From positions 6,262,001 to 6,326,000 of the forward strand of contig NC_135766.1 in the NCBI RefSeq assembly GCF_052425735.1: a stretch of DNA of 64,000 nt, written 5' to 3'. The notes beneath the pieces are model-generated. The model had not been told where the DNA came from. It saw only the letters and a list, made by a program, of their open reading frames with translations, and made no database searches. This document shows positions 1 to 12,778 of the stretch, in pieces; position 1 is the first letter of the stretch; each line of letters begins with the position of its first letter. The position numbers were made by a program, and so were the translations under genes. The stretch is from Oculina patagonica (lineage: Eukaryota).

Positions 1-266
1 ATACACCATCAGCTATCAGTGTGGAGTGGCTGAAAGTTATCTACAAAATAATGATATTTTCTCATTTCCCTGAAGTTTCAGAAGAAGTTTGAAAATGTCA
101 CTGGATAATTCAATTCCCAAGGAGTCAGTCACTGTTACAGAACACTAAAAACGTGAAATTGTTGAATAAACTGATGAGCATTTGTAAACAGCTGGAAGTT
201 TTTAATGATAATTCACTCTGCCAGGTCTTGCTATAAAGCGTGAAGTTATTTGAGGGAAATTCAGTT

Positions 267-652
267 ACCTTATGGTTACTATTTTTAGCAAATACTAATT
301 TTAGCAATTTTTTCTGAGCAAGATTTGGCAACTATTAAATTAAGCGATTTTTCGAAAATTAAAAAAAAAAAAACAATTTTGATATATAGCTAAGATGAAA
401 ATAAATGCTCAGTAATAGAACAAAGTCATTTAAAATTAAACGAACATTGTCATTCTCAGAAAGAACAAAGTGAATTGCAAATGTTAGCAAATGGGTCCCT
501 GTCAGGGAAATCTGTCATATTCTCCACGATTAATTTAACACGTATTAAATTTGACCAAGACAAATTTTAGCAAGTACTAAATTTAGCGATTTTGGCCCAA
601 CTCGCTAAAATTGCTAAAATTAGTAGCCGCTAACAATAGTAACCTTGAGGCA
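267..652. mobile_element. Degenerate MITE in 14-3-3 intron
   Basis: Imperfect inverted ends taccttatggttactatt...tactaattttagcaatttt / aaaattgctaaaattagta...aatagtaaccttgaggca; same layout as the 41261-41807 element. Confidence 0.55.
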
Positions 653-883
653 GAATTCTACTAAAATAAGTGTACTTCGTGTTTAATATAGCTAGGTGAT
701 GTAAAAAGAAAAGGTAAAGTCTGTGTTTGAGCTAAGTGGCCCACCAGGCAGGAGATTATTCCTGTTTCCTTAGCATTAATTGACTAGAATTGTTTCTGAT
801 CCTCGTGGATGGGATGCTTTGCTTGGCATATAGTTATATTTTCAAGTCATGTTAACTGTTATTTTTTGTTTTGTATCCCTCAG

Positions 884-979
884 GCATTTGATGAGTCTAT
901 TGCTGAGCTTGATCAATTACAAGAAGATTCCTACAAGGACAGCACCCTTATAATGCAGTTACTGCGTGACAACTTGACT
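884..979 (+). CDS. 14-3-3 protein, penultimate coding exon (gene starts upstream of the window)
   Basis: cag|GCATTT...TTGACT|gtaagt; 96 nt encoding [32 protein letters not shown], the 14-3-3 C-terminal signature. Confidence 0.97.
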
Positions 980-2079
980 GTAAGTGATAAAATACCTGTT
1001 ACAGTGTTGTACCACTGCTACTTGACAAGTTTTTGATTAATTTTTGACAGTTTTTTGACATATTTTTATAATTTTCTGAGAGCTTTCTTTTGAACTGGCC
1101 AATCAAGGTGCAGGCACTGTAATGAGAGGCTGGAGTTATCGAATCATAATTTTATGTTCTCTCTCCAGCAATTGTCAGTTTTGTCTCCCTCAATTCTTGC
1201 ATTTTGATTTTCCATTAACAGAAGTTATCAAAAAGTTGTAAAAAAATTTCACAATTTAAAATTGATGTGGTTTTGAGATTTCTGCCCCCTGTTAGCGATT
1301 GTACTAGGACTTTGTGAACAAAACTGTATGAGTATACTGAACCATTGCCCTTCATCATGTTCAGATCTGCTGGCAAAACAGTAATGAATTGAGCCAAGTG
1401 GCCTTTTCGTAGAAAATTGATGTACGTAATCATTTGTGTACTAAAGCTGGGGTAATTTCTGAAGACATACAGTGTAGGCATGGCAAACTTTTCCTTCTCA
1501 TTTTGAGGATACAAAAGTAGATTTTGATCATGACCTGAACAAAGCGACTTTTTGTCATCTTACATCTTGGTGTTTAGCACTGGACGCCATCTTGGAAATG
1601 TTGTTTTCTTGTGTTTGAGCAAGATTTGAGTCTGTAAGTCTTCTGCACATGTGTTAAGCCCATACATTCGTGAGCTTGGAAAGATAGCACCATAAGGAGA
1701 GCAGAAGGTTTTCAGAAACAAATGTATAGCCTTTGGGCATTTCATTTAAAGTAACCTAGATGTACTACGAGTTTGCCCAGTGCCAGACACAGTCATGTGC
1801 ACTCCCCCCTCTACCTGCTTAAATTAATTCAATTAATTATTCAATTGAAATGTGGACAGGAATTGAGTGAAATTGGCCTCATCACCAATACTGGGAATTT
1901 TTGAGTTAAAAATGATTCAAGTTAAAACTTTGAGAACTATTTTTAGCATGAAGAACACTCTTATTAGCTGCAAAAGCATTCTGGTTAGCCTAATTAGCAC
2001 TATGGTTAGCCCGAAAAGCCTTCTGGATAGCACAATTAGCACTCACTCCTGTTGGCCTCATTTGGGTTAGAGCTGTTAA

Positions 2080-2690
2080 AGGAACTGCGACACTGCATCA
2101 TGGATTTTGGCTCAGTTCACGCATGCAAAATGACCATCAAATTCGTTGAAATATAAAAATAACCTCTTACAGTGTGAACCAAAAAACCGTGAACACTTTA
2201 CTATATTTTGCATATGTAAATTTTGACAGAAAACCATCAAATGATAGCTTAAACTGCAGGGAATACAAACAAATGGACAGAGATGAGGCAGCAGGTTTTT
2301 TCATGAATAATTCGTCAACTTTTTCCTCTACTTCATTCTTCAAAGTATAATAAAAGTGTTCACGGTTTTCATGTTCTCACTGTAAAACAGCGAAGAAACA
2401 TTTCAATAACACACCAAATACAAAGGAAGGTACAGATGGCCAAAAGCGACGAAGATTGAAACGGATTGCAATATGGTTTTTTGAAATATTGTTGGGCTAA
2501 ACAGTTTTCAAAGTTAATCTTGTTTGCTTGTAACTTTGAATTAAAATGCCCGAGAGACATTGGTTGCATTGAAGCTATGGTTTTGTCATTTAGATCTGAA
2601 GAAGTAATTTCTTTGCAAACATTAAGTTTCATACCAAGTATTTGGCAAAACTTAATAAAATAAACTTAACTCAGCTGTGACACAGTCCCT
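2080..2690. mobile_element. Non-autonomous TTAA-flanked DNA transposon (Kolobok-like)
   Basis: ttaa|AGGAACTG...CAGTCCCT|ttaa. Confidence 0.55.
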
Positions 2691-2694
2691 TTAA

Positions 2695-3458
2695 GGTCAT
2701 TTCCCTGTATTGCATTGCGCATCCTTACTGCGCAGAATTTTATGCGTAATTAGCACGGCACATAAACAAAATGGCGGATTTTTTCCATGCACCTTAGTCC
2801 GCAAGAAAAGTGAAGAAACATTTCAGTAACAACATTTGGTGTGTTATTGAAATGTTTCTTCTAACCCAAGTGAGGCCAACCCAAATCAGTGCTAACCATC
2901 ACTGGTAAGCGACTTTCAAGTAATGTGTAATAAATGAGCAGCAGTGCTTTATCAAGTTTAAAACACGAGGCGCAGCCGAGTGTTTTAGACGGGATAAAAC
3001 ACGAACTGCGAATTTATTGAACGGCTTAAAAATCTTCTGATGTAGATCAACTCATTCTTGCACTAATATTTAGATTTGGGGTTATTTTGGTCTAGAAAAT
3101 TGGACGTGAAGTTTAGCCGTGTCTTTATCAGATATAAAGACACTCATTAAACATTAATTTCTTTTGTATTTTCTTTATGAATTATTAATGAGTTTTTTAA
3201 CCAGAATTAGCCATGACCTGGCTACTGCTGTTAGTGGAAAGCAACTTGAAAATGTCCGATGTGCAAAGCTTTTGGCTCTTGAGATCGACCATGAACTAAC
3301 ATTTAACCCTCGTGTGGATAAAATATGTATAAAATTGTCACAGTGGATAGGGATTTGAAAGAGGATCAAATGCTGCTTACCTCTAAAACACTTTTTTATT
3401 TCAAGGAGGCAAAGTTTGGTTGAAAATCTATGTTTAGTTCTATATCGGGGGAATGACC
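2695..3458. mobile_element. Non-autonomous TTAA-flanked DNA transposon sharing a TTAA with the previous element
   Basis: ttaa|GGTCATTTCCCTG...CGGGGGAATGACC|ttaa. Confidence 0.6.
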
Positions 3459-4079
3459 TTAAGGTGACACTATTTCAGATTTTTAGCTTACAAGGCTTAG
3501 TGATTGGTTTTAAAAGCTCAAGCCACTTTCTCTACTAGTCAGAAGTAAAACCAAAACAGATTGGGAAAGGCTGGCACATGTTTCCTGCAAAAGTGTCGCC
3601 CAGGTGTATTTACTTCTTGTTTTGATTTGTTTGCTGGATTGTCTTGTGTCTTTGAGATTGGCCAGAGTGTTTCTTTGTTTTGGTTTTAAGTCACTCAGCT
3701 CAATTTGTCACATGAAACAGTTGACCATGATTTTCTTTCTTTTTTTTTAACCAAACCTATTTTAGAACTTGAGTAAGAACTGGGATGCTGTAAAATACCA
3801 GTTTAATGTCCATGCTTAAGTTGATCAGTCACAGTTACTCTAAAAAATAAGTTAAATACTCTTCCTCTGCCTCTCTCAAGTCCACTGGCATAAGCAATTT
3901 AGTGGTATATATACACTTGAGACTACATCTACATGCTTAGGAAGCTTTACCAGTCTTAATAACATTAGCTATTTCTTCAAGTTTGGTTAACCTTGCCATC
4001 GTATCATTATGGGCTAGTGTGAACCAGGCCTTATCCAATAGCAAAATCCAGTACTAACACAATGTGCTTTCTATTACAG

Positions 4080-4133
4080 CTGTGGACATCACAAAGCAAT
4101 GAGAATGATGATGATGATGACGGAAATGAGTGA
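4080..4133 (+). CDS. 14-3-3 protein, last coding exon
   Basis: TACTAAC branch point at ~4052 and ttacag acceptor; encodes LWTSQSNENDDDDDGNE*, completing RDNLT-LWTS plus an acidic tail. Confidence 0.95.
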   Translation: MWTSQSNENDDDDDGNE

Positions 4134-4312
4134 AGGCTGTTGTGCTGGGTCATCTTCCTCAGATGCTAAACCGTTTCCCTTTCTTATTATGTATCAGAAT
4201 GTCCATTTGTGTGACACAGGTGTTACCATTCCTTGTTTTTCCTTGCTCAGTAAACATGTCCTGGAGAACAATTAGATAATGTTTCCCATGGTCACTTGCA
4301 CCTTTAGCTCAA

Positions 4313-4593
4313 TTTATTGGGGTTTTCAGTGATATGCGAACTCTGAAATGCAATCCTCTTTTTGCTGCTGTCAATCATCTTCGGGGACCTCTTGGGAAAC
4401 AGAAGTTCACCTCAACCCGGTCAGAAGGTCACGTCTGTCAGTTGTGATTGGAGGATTCTAATCCATTTTGTTTATTATTTTTTTTCCTGGTTTGTTGGTT
4501 GTTGCCATAATTATGATTGACAGCAGTGAAAAACACAATCCTTAAATGGATTTTGAATTTCAGAGTTCCCATATCACTGAAAACTGCAATAAA
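4313..4593. repeat. Long inverted repeat in the 14-3-3 3' UTR
   Basis: tttattggggttttcagtgatatgcgaactctgaaat...ctgctgtcaatcat (4313-4378) pairs with atgattgacagcag...atttcagagttcccatatcactgaaaactgcaataaa (4513-4593). Confidence 0.8.
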
Positions 4594-5652
4594 CTAGTTA
4601 CACTATTTAGTGCCTCGATTTTGCACTGGAGTTTAACACGAAATGGTAGCTACTTGTTTGATAAGATCCTGTACTTTTTCTATGGTGAAAGTTTCCGAAT
4701 GCTGTGTTGTGATTGTTTTGGATAAGTCAAATTCCCCCTGTGGGTTTTTATTCATGTACACAAGCAAAGGAAAGGGGATGCTTTTGTTTGATTTGTAACC
4801 TTGTCAATGATCACTTTCCAGCGAGCAGTTCTGGAGCAAAGTGTAATTTTCCACACAATGTAACCAATTTGTTAACCATTAAATGTAAGTTATGTCATTG
4901 CTATGTTTCTTTGCTTACCTTTTATTTTCATCCTAATATGTTCTTACACTCAGTTCTCCTCTTTAAAAAAATATAACAGTCAACGCAAAACCCGTCGAAT
5001 CGCTCATGTTTGCTGTCGAGCCGCAGAGCCGATGAAATAAACAAATTAGGTAGATTTACGTTTATTTTGAGCTACAATAAGCCCCTTTTTAAAGATCAAT
5101 ATCCTATCGGCTACGCCTCAAGCAACTCTTAGTATCTCTCGTGCTCTCCAAACTCCCCGCGTGCATCAGTGACTCGATATACGTACGCTAAGCATGCTAC
5201 TAATTTATTTTAACTCCAGGTTTTTTATTGGGAGTGGGAGGGAGGGAGGTTGGATTTTAGCAAATACGTTTACGCCTTTCCCAGTGTCTTTGTCCTTTGT
5301 CTCTGTTTTAAAGTGTTTGTTTTAATTTTCTGTTGGATCTAGAGGGTGGCTGGATCCGCCCCTGGGTCTTCTCAACATAAATTCCAGCATGCCCTTTATT
5401 GTTTCTAATTCTATGCATAAGACGAATTTTTTTATGCCTGTTACCCAAGTAATTAACTCACAATCTTGAATGTATTTATTTTTGTCTCGCATAATATCAG
5501 AAAATTGATAAGCTATACAGCTAAATCAAAATACTTGTGAATGCATGTTGATTTTGTCCATTCAAAAGTCATAATGTCTTAATGCTATAACATGCACCAA
5601 AATTTCCCCAGAGAGGGGATGATGCTAAAAAATGGCAAAAAATGTTACGTCT

Positions 5653-6443
5653 TAATTTTGTTCGATCATGCTTGCCAACATCTGGTTAAACGAAGCAGGA
5701 ACTTTCCTTCCTATGATGCTCTCGATGTGCTTTTTTGGCAGGCATCCATTGTAGTTATTCTGGGAAACTGAACAGCCTGCACGCCAAGTTTGGTTGAGTT
5801 TCGTCAGGGATAATCACGCTAAAATTACCTCCGTTAGTTGCTCTGACATAACCATCAGCTCCCTCGGGTTTGGACGGGTGCCATGCGTTCCTTTGAACCT
5901 GGGTGAAAACTCGCTTGTCGAACCATTCAATTCCTTTTGTAGTTGGACAGAACAAGACGAAAGAACGATCGGAAAGAGGGAACGAAGCCGGGTAACGCAT
6001 GAATTTAACGACCCCTTGATTATCTGAATACGTTTCCAAGATTTCTTGGTCTAAGAAAGTCCGATCCCACTTGTCTCGTTTGTCTTTATTTCTTGGGTGC
6101 ATCATTTCCATGTTCATTTTCGCCGATATTGGTATGTCAACCCAAGACAGTACCTTTATCGGGACCTCTGTTGCAAACGCTTGCAACATGTTGTGCAGAA
6201 CAATGTTGCGATATGTTGCGTGCGTTTGGCCAGCTCCTTCACAACATCTCACAACATGACATAACCATTTTGGCCAATGTTGGAAAATGTTGCGTTAAAA
6301 TGTTGCGTGCGTTTGGCCGGGCCTTAACGCCGTGCTGGCCCAGTGGAAAGTTTTTTGACCCTCCCACCTCCCCTTCGGCGACGAGTACCGCTTTCCCCAT
6401 CTCTACCTTAAGACTTCCTGCCTTTGCAAAATCTCGCTTCCCA
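5653..6443 (-). pseudogene. Disrupted START/SRPBCC-domain gene
   Basis: ORF 5755-6252 has START-like WDRTF..., FPLSDRSFV and HPSKPEGADGYVRA. A frameshift near 5757 continues as NYNGCLPKKHIESIIG...*, and a ~160-bp repeat fragment (6169-6327) interrupts the N-terminal part. Confidence 0.65.
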
Positions 6444-7210
6444 TAACTTAGTATCGCAAAGGCAGTCAGTGGTTGTATTGACAGTGAAAATGATCTACTA
6501 TGCTCCTAGCTATGCGAATGAATGAAAATTTATTAACACGGTTGAAATATACAATTCTCTGTAAACTGCTTTACGTATTTGCCACGAGGGAGACCGTTGC
6601 CAAAATCGTTTTGAAGAATTGACCCATAAAAAGGGCGGCCAGGGGCGTAGCCAGCCTATAGGCCCGTAGGCCTGGGCCTACAAATTTTTCGACCCACTCG
6701 TATTTTTAAAACGTAAGATAGAAAAAATTCAGACTCAAACGCTTTCAAGATGAAAAAGAAAGCCATTTGAAACGTACCTTAGCATTATATATTTGGCAAC
6801 TACTCTTTTGCGATGAGATCAAGGCTCAGCTAGCAAGTGCAAACTCGGGAGCCTTCTAGACTAGGCAGGTGACAGACAAACGCATATTTGCATGCGCCGT
6901 AAAAGACGAGTGTGTTTACTTTGGAATGAGTGACAACTGGCGCAATTCCTTCTTTGAAATGTTATAATCTAGGTGCTTGTAAAATACACATAACATCAGC
7001 AGAAAGCCAAAGAGAAAGCATTTTCGAGAGCCTTTATAAAAAAAAAACCCACCAACAACAACAAGTTACAACAACAACAACAACAATTCCTCGGCGGACG
7101 TCCTCCACCTCTACCCCTTCGAAAAGCAGCCTTTACTGGCCAATTGACCAGGTCCACAACTCTCCAAAAAAGCTGGCGACGCTCCTGAAAGCACAACTGA
7201 GACTAATAGA

Positions 7211-7571
7211 GAGATTAAGCATGACGTTAACGGCAAACGGCAAAAATGAAACTTGCCGTGTCTCTTCAGTTGTGTGTACAGTAGAGTAAAATATTATTTG
7301 TATTTGCAATGAATAGTAGAAGACGTTATTCCGTTTTTGTGTGCTTAAATGATAAATGAATGAATGAATGTTTATTTCCCATAAAGCATAATACAAGTAG
7401 ATTTTAGAATGTGTATTAGTATAATAACTTGGGAGGAGGACTATAGAAACCCTCACGGGCTTTTACAAAGTAGTCCCAAAGTAGCTTTATTTACGGATTA
7501 GAAGAAAAGAACTCAAAATCAGAAGTTATCTTTGCCGTTTGCCGTCTGCCGTTCACGTCATGCTTAAATTT
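7211..7571. mobile_element. MITE
   Basis: Inverted ends ttaagcatgacgttaacggcaaacggcaaa / tttgccgtttgccg...ttcacgtcatgcttaa. Confidence 0.7.
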
Positions 7572-8094
7572 CAGGTACAGTGGAACCCCGCTTTACGGAC
7601 ACCCGCTTAATACGGACACCCCGGTATTACGGACAGTTTCGTTGGTCCCGACGAAAACCTCATACATTTTCTCTTAAATTAACCCGCTTTATACGGACAC
7701 TCGGTAATACGGACAACGGACACTTTTCCGTGTCCCGAGTAACAAACTGTCATACATTGTCAATCCCGCTTTACAGCCACTGTTTATCTGTGCACCGTCA
7801 ATTTTCATTGTTGCGATTATTTGCTAGCTTCACCCTGGTCAAATAGGTACAGAATTCGACGAGTAAAAACGATTCTATTACAAAGAGTAGCTTAATAGCG
7901 TGACTTTGCAAAGGTTTTGTCGAATCTTCAGTCCGCCTGGTTGTGTCGCAAGCTAAAAGGTACCGTGCAAAGTAAAGTTACCGACTTTTTCAAGTGAGTT
8001 TGTAGAGTTTATGAACGGTTACGATCAGATTTTTAGTTTCAATGGAAACTTATGGAAAACGCCACATTGCTGTTGAAATGCGTTTTATTTCTTG

Positions 8095-10170
8095 TACAGT
8101 ATGGGGCCCAGTTCTCGGCCGGGTCCAGTTCTCGGCCACTTTGTGTTCAACGCGTTTTTTCACGCCACAGTTGAATCACAGGCTTCCCAAGCTCAAAAGT
8201 CGTCTTTTTGATGTGTTTTTAGAGCCCTTCGGGCGGCCGACTCTACATACGTGGTGTATGCGACAGCTTGTGTATATAGAGAAATGTATGGGAAAATCAC
8301 GGATTCTCTAAAATCGGGTAAATAACTATCTATTTTGAAATAAAGTTTATCTACCTCAAATGTGTCGCTTACTTGTGTCTTGTGCCGAATTCGAAGCCAT
8401 TCCGACGCCATTTAGCGAAGTTATACGAACAACGACTTCGTACAACTTCGCTAAATGGCGTCGGAATGGCTTCAAATTCGGCACAAGACACAAGTAAGCG
8501 ACACATTTGAGGTAGGTAAACTTTATTTCAAAATAGATAGTTATTTACCCGATTTTAGAGAATCCGTGATTTTCCCATACATTTCTCTATATACACAAGA
8601 TGTCGTATACACCACGTATGTAAAGTCGGCCGCCCGAAGGGCTCTAAAAACACATCAAAAAGACGACTTTTGAGCTTGGGAAGCCTGTGGTTGAATTAAA
8701 AGAAAAAGTTATTTCCTTCAAACGATAGACTGATTCTTGTGCTCTTAGTATCTTGAGTTTGATCTTTCAACTCGCTATAGAAAGCTCACACGGTCGAGTT
8801 TATGCGAAGGTAGGTGAATTTGTTTTTTCGAAAACTTGTTTGTTTACGGCTCCTTAAAATTCATGGATGTAGTTAAATTCGTGTTTTGTCCGTGAGCCCC
8901 TATCAAACAAGCTAATTTTTGGCATGTAAAACTTAGAATAATTCAGCTTTCTGCTTAAGTTAACTTTTTGTTGAACCGTTGTATATTTTGGTCTTAATTT
9001 ACTTCGAAATTTTTTCGTGCGACTTTTGCGTATTTGCCAGTTCTCTGCCACCCTGCTCGCTATCACAGTTTAGTGCTTTTGTTTTTAATACAATTTCATC
9101 TGCTGCAGCAATAATGAAAGAAAGAAATGTTTTAAAAATAAAGTTCAATTAAATATCTAAGTTTTGAGCTGACTTTCATCTTCAGTTTCTATTATTTCTA
9201 CAACACCTAACTCTTTCAAGACCTTTTCACTGCAAAATAAATACTACTTATTAACCGAGAGCGAGGTCATTACAGGGGAATCTCAGACCGAGGCCGTGAT
9301 GTATTGACCGAGCGACAGCGAGGTCAATACATCAAGGTCGAAGTCTGAGATTCCCATGTAATGGCCGAACGGACGAGGTTAATAAGTTATTTATTATATG
9401 GCCTTTAAGCACTATTCAAAAAAGAGTATAATCAAGGGAAAAAACACTGGAGGTAAAACTCGCTCTCTGTGGCTCTCTTCGTCGCTCATACTAAAGAAGT
9501 ATCGGTATGCTTATATTTTTCTTTCAGTTATTGAAAAGATAGTTATATTTTGTCGGCATTTTTTGTTGTTTTTTGCCCCCTCGCTAGTAGCTTTAGTAGC
9601 TTTTACTCACAACTCAAAAAACCGTCGAGCCGAGAAAAAGTTTCATAATGCCCGGTCATTACAAGAAAATAATGCCCGCTCAGCAGCCAATCAGAGCGCG
9701 CGTACTATTGTAGACATATAATAAACCATCTAAATGCATTGGTCACACAACGTAGTTCTGCGGGTTTGCCAGACCCGGCACAGAGGCAAGCAACTAGGCG
9801 CGTTAAAAACCTTCTTTTCCAAAGTAAAACAAAGTCTCATAAAATGATTTGGGATCGACATTACATAAATAAGTTTACAGAGTGATTTTATGACTGTGAA
9901 AATTAATTGAGCCTTTTTATACAGAAAATTACGCACAAGCTTTTTGGTGGCCGAAAACTGGGTCCGGGTGGCCGAGAACTGGGCCCACAAACGGAGCTTT
10001 TATTTTTATTGTTGCTCGGGCAAATTAATTATTGACCGGTCGATAGCTTTACAACAAAAAGCTGAATAATGTAGTTAGCTCTGGGCGAAATTTCAAGTTC
10101 CTGCGGTTCTTCTGAGGTAAGAAATACAAGTTTACGTCAAAAGTGGCCGAGAACTGGGCCCCATACTGTA
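8095..10170. mobile_element. Nested non-autonomous TIR element (TA-flanked)
   Basis: TACAGTATGGGGCCCAGTTCTCGGCC at 8095 and its exact reverse complement GGCCGAGAACTGGGCCCCATACTGTA at 10145-10170. Confidence 0.85.
8177..8689. mobile_element. Foldback/palindromic element (~250-bp arms, 7-bp TSD)
   Basis: Near-perfect palindrome centred at ~8432; ORFs 8193-8411(-) and 8455-8673(+) mirror each other; gttgaat|CACAGG...CCTGTG|gttgaat. Confidence 0.9.
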
Positions 10171-12778
10171 TATAGTAAAGTTGCGACATTTTCAAATAAT
10201 ACCACTGTTGATTTCTGACTAGATCGTAAGGTTTTCGCCTAAAAACTTTTCATTTTAGTCAGAGAGTTCACAGTTTGCATTTGTTACAGTTACAGTTTAA
10301 TCAAACAACGTTTTGTTACCGTAAAAACGTTTGCCTTCGTCTTTGTGTCAATAAAACATGTATCCGTGACTTTTTTCTGAGACCCCGCACCCCGTTAATA
10401 CGGACAATTTGGCCGGTCCCCTTGGTGTCCGTATTAACGGGGTTCCACTGTAGTCACTTTCTAGTTTTGATATAGACAGTTTTTGTGTGCATCGCAAAGA
10501 TCATAAGACGAAATTTTATGCATGTGACGAGACATGTCTGGCGTGACTGAAGACAAATCTCCGCAAGAAACTCTGTACAGCTCCCGAAATGATCCATTCG
10601 ATCGCGTCCCCAGAACCGGCTAAGCCTGTGTACGAGAAACAAGTGGCTTCGGGGACATATGATTTGATTGGCTGGATTTTAACAAAGGGAGCGCTGACCA
10701 GTCAAATCAACCGTTTTTAACTCGGAAGAGAGTTGTAAAAAATATAGGCACGCAATGCGTGCAAGTGTTTTAGACCTCTAGAGAATGAGTCCTGTTCTCT
10801 GATTACTTACATTTCTAGTTAAATTACATAATAACACCATGCTTAGTTACCAGCCAAAATATTGTATTAATGTCAGTTTTCTTCAAATAGACCAAAACTT
10901 GATATTATTATTATTTTGCCTAACCTTCATGCTTCAAAAAAACAAGAAGGAAAAATAAAATGAAAGAAAACAATTTGCAATGGATGATATGGGAACTCTA
11001 TCTCTTGGCCTTTCGGCCTGATCTCGATTAGCAGCTAGTTACCGCTGCCACCATGTAATACCACAAAGAGCAACACGAGTAAACGAACAAGTGTTTACTT
11101 TCAAATCTACGTTATACTGACAACGAACTAAGATCACAGAATACTAAGTAGCCAAGTAGCATCGCAAGAGAACACGTATACATGCCCATATTATAACAGA
11201 GATGAACATAAGAATTCTGATGGGATTAGTTCGATGTTGGTCAGGTTAATTCCGAGTAGGTCCATACAATGTTAGTGTTTCATTTTGTTTGTGACACCCA
11301 GTCCCAGTAACCCTATTTCCCCATGCAGAGAAAAAATAGGCGAAATCCTTTCAGACCCATTAGGATTGGACACTAATATTTAGTAACCTCGCCTTACGTT
11401 TTCCAAAATGGCGTCCAAAACACACGATGTGGATGGAATGATGCTAAGGTACTTACTTCATTCTGGAGATGCCATGTCCGTACAGGGAGCGTGGTATTCT
11501 CACATACACGAATAGTATTCATGCATAACGAGCGTACTTTTTCAGAAAGTACTTGGGAACGATTTCTGTGTCAAGATCAGGTGAGAATATTAGTGAACCT
11601 GTAATGAAGTAATGAAATGAATTTTATGGATATTATTAAACGTCATAATACAACTCATTCGAATTTTGATAAAACGCTCTTTACAATTATGCGTCAGTCA
11701 ATTCTAGCAGTGCCAATCCTCCTCCACCCACCATCCTCACCCCAACTGGCATATTATCATTTTCTTTTGATTACTAAAATGGAAAATTCTCTACAGCGGG
11801 AAAAAAAGGCCTGTCAAATTTCTAACAATCTACCCTGCTAGCAAAGTCGCACAGATGCCAACCTTAAAATATTGAAATCTGGGAGACCACTTATTTTGCA
11901 TCAAGGTACCTCTTCTGAACCCCCAAAACAGTGTGAAAAACAGAGCTCTACTGAGTCATCCACAAAAAAGACTTCAAATTTTAAAAAAAATTCTCCCAGA
12001 ATCGGCCAAAATTAGTGTGAAAACACGTATTTTAAGTACTATCCTTCATATCCGGGAGATTTGGTGACCCATACGGAAGATTGGGAGATTCTGCCTGTAT
12101 CCAGGAGACTCCTGTATAATCTGGGAGAGTTGGTATAGATGAAGTTGCTTTGATCTTTCCTAGCTATTGTAGGAAAGATCGAAGTGACTGTGTTAGTCTA
12201 AGGTCCTGTTAAGTGTAGCCAATGCAAAGAGACAAGACAAAGAAATATAAACTGACAAAACTTGCACCCCCACTGTCTGGGGGTACAAACAAATGCAATG
12301 TACCACTGCCACTTAACAAGTCAAGTTTTCATAATAAATTATGCATCATTTTTCCAATCTATCAGGTGGCTTTTTCAAACCATATCATTACATCTTCTTC
12401 ATTTCATGTTGTCTGCTGTTTGCCAGCAGGCATTTTTCTTGTTTACTGTCATTGATAGTGCTGGGCTAAGGTAACATTAAAATGTCCTACCCCCAAAATT
12501 ACATGCTGTGCTAATGCTTGATGTTGGCCTCAGAGCGGATGGGTACTGCTGGAATTGACTGGTACATTATATTCACAAATAATTTTACTTGTCAAAAGTT
12601 TTCATTTGATTTTGTATTTCATTAATCAGTGATTTTTGACAGCCATTAGTCTGACATATACTGAACCTATGGATAAAAATAGATTTTGTTCACTCAAGAA
12701 TTTCTATGCTGCACATGCCAAATGAACTCCATTAATTTTAAGGAGGCTCACAAGGGTTTCCAGCACTTTCCAGCTCTT

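Larger units (their letters stand above)
7577..10451. mobile_element. Tc1/mariner-pogo-type non-autonomous element (TA-flanked, CAGT ends) carrying nested insertions
   Basis: ta-CAGTGGAACCCCG...TACGGACACC at 7577 and GGTGTCCGTATTAACGGGGTTCCACTG-ta at 10423-10451. Confidence 0.8.

Noticed and set aside
8193-8673. Pair of near-identical divergent 72-aa ORFs
   Set aside because: Mirror products of the DNA palindrome; no coding signature.
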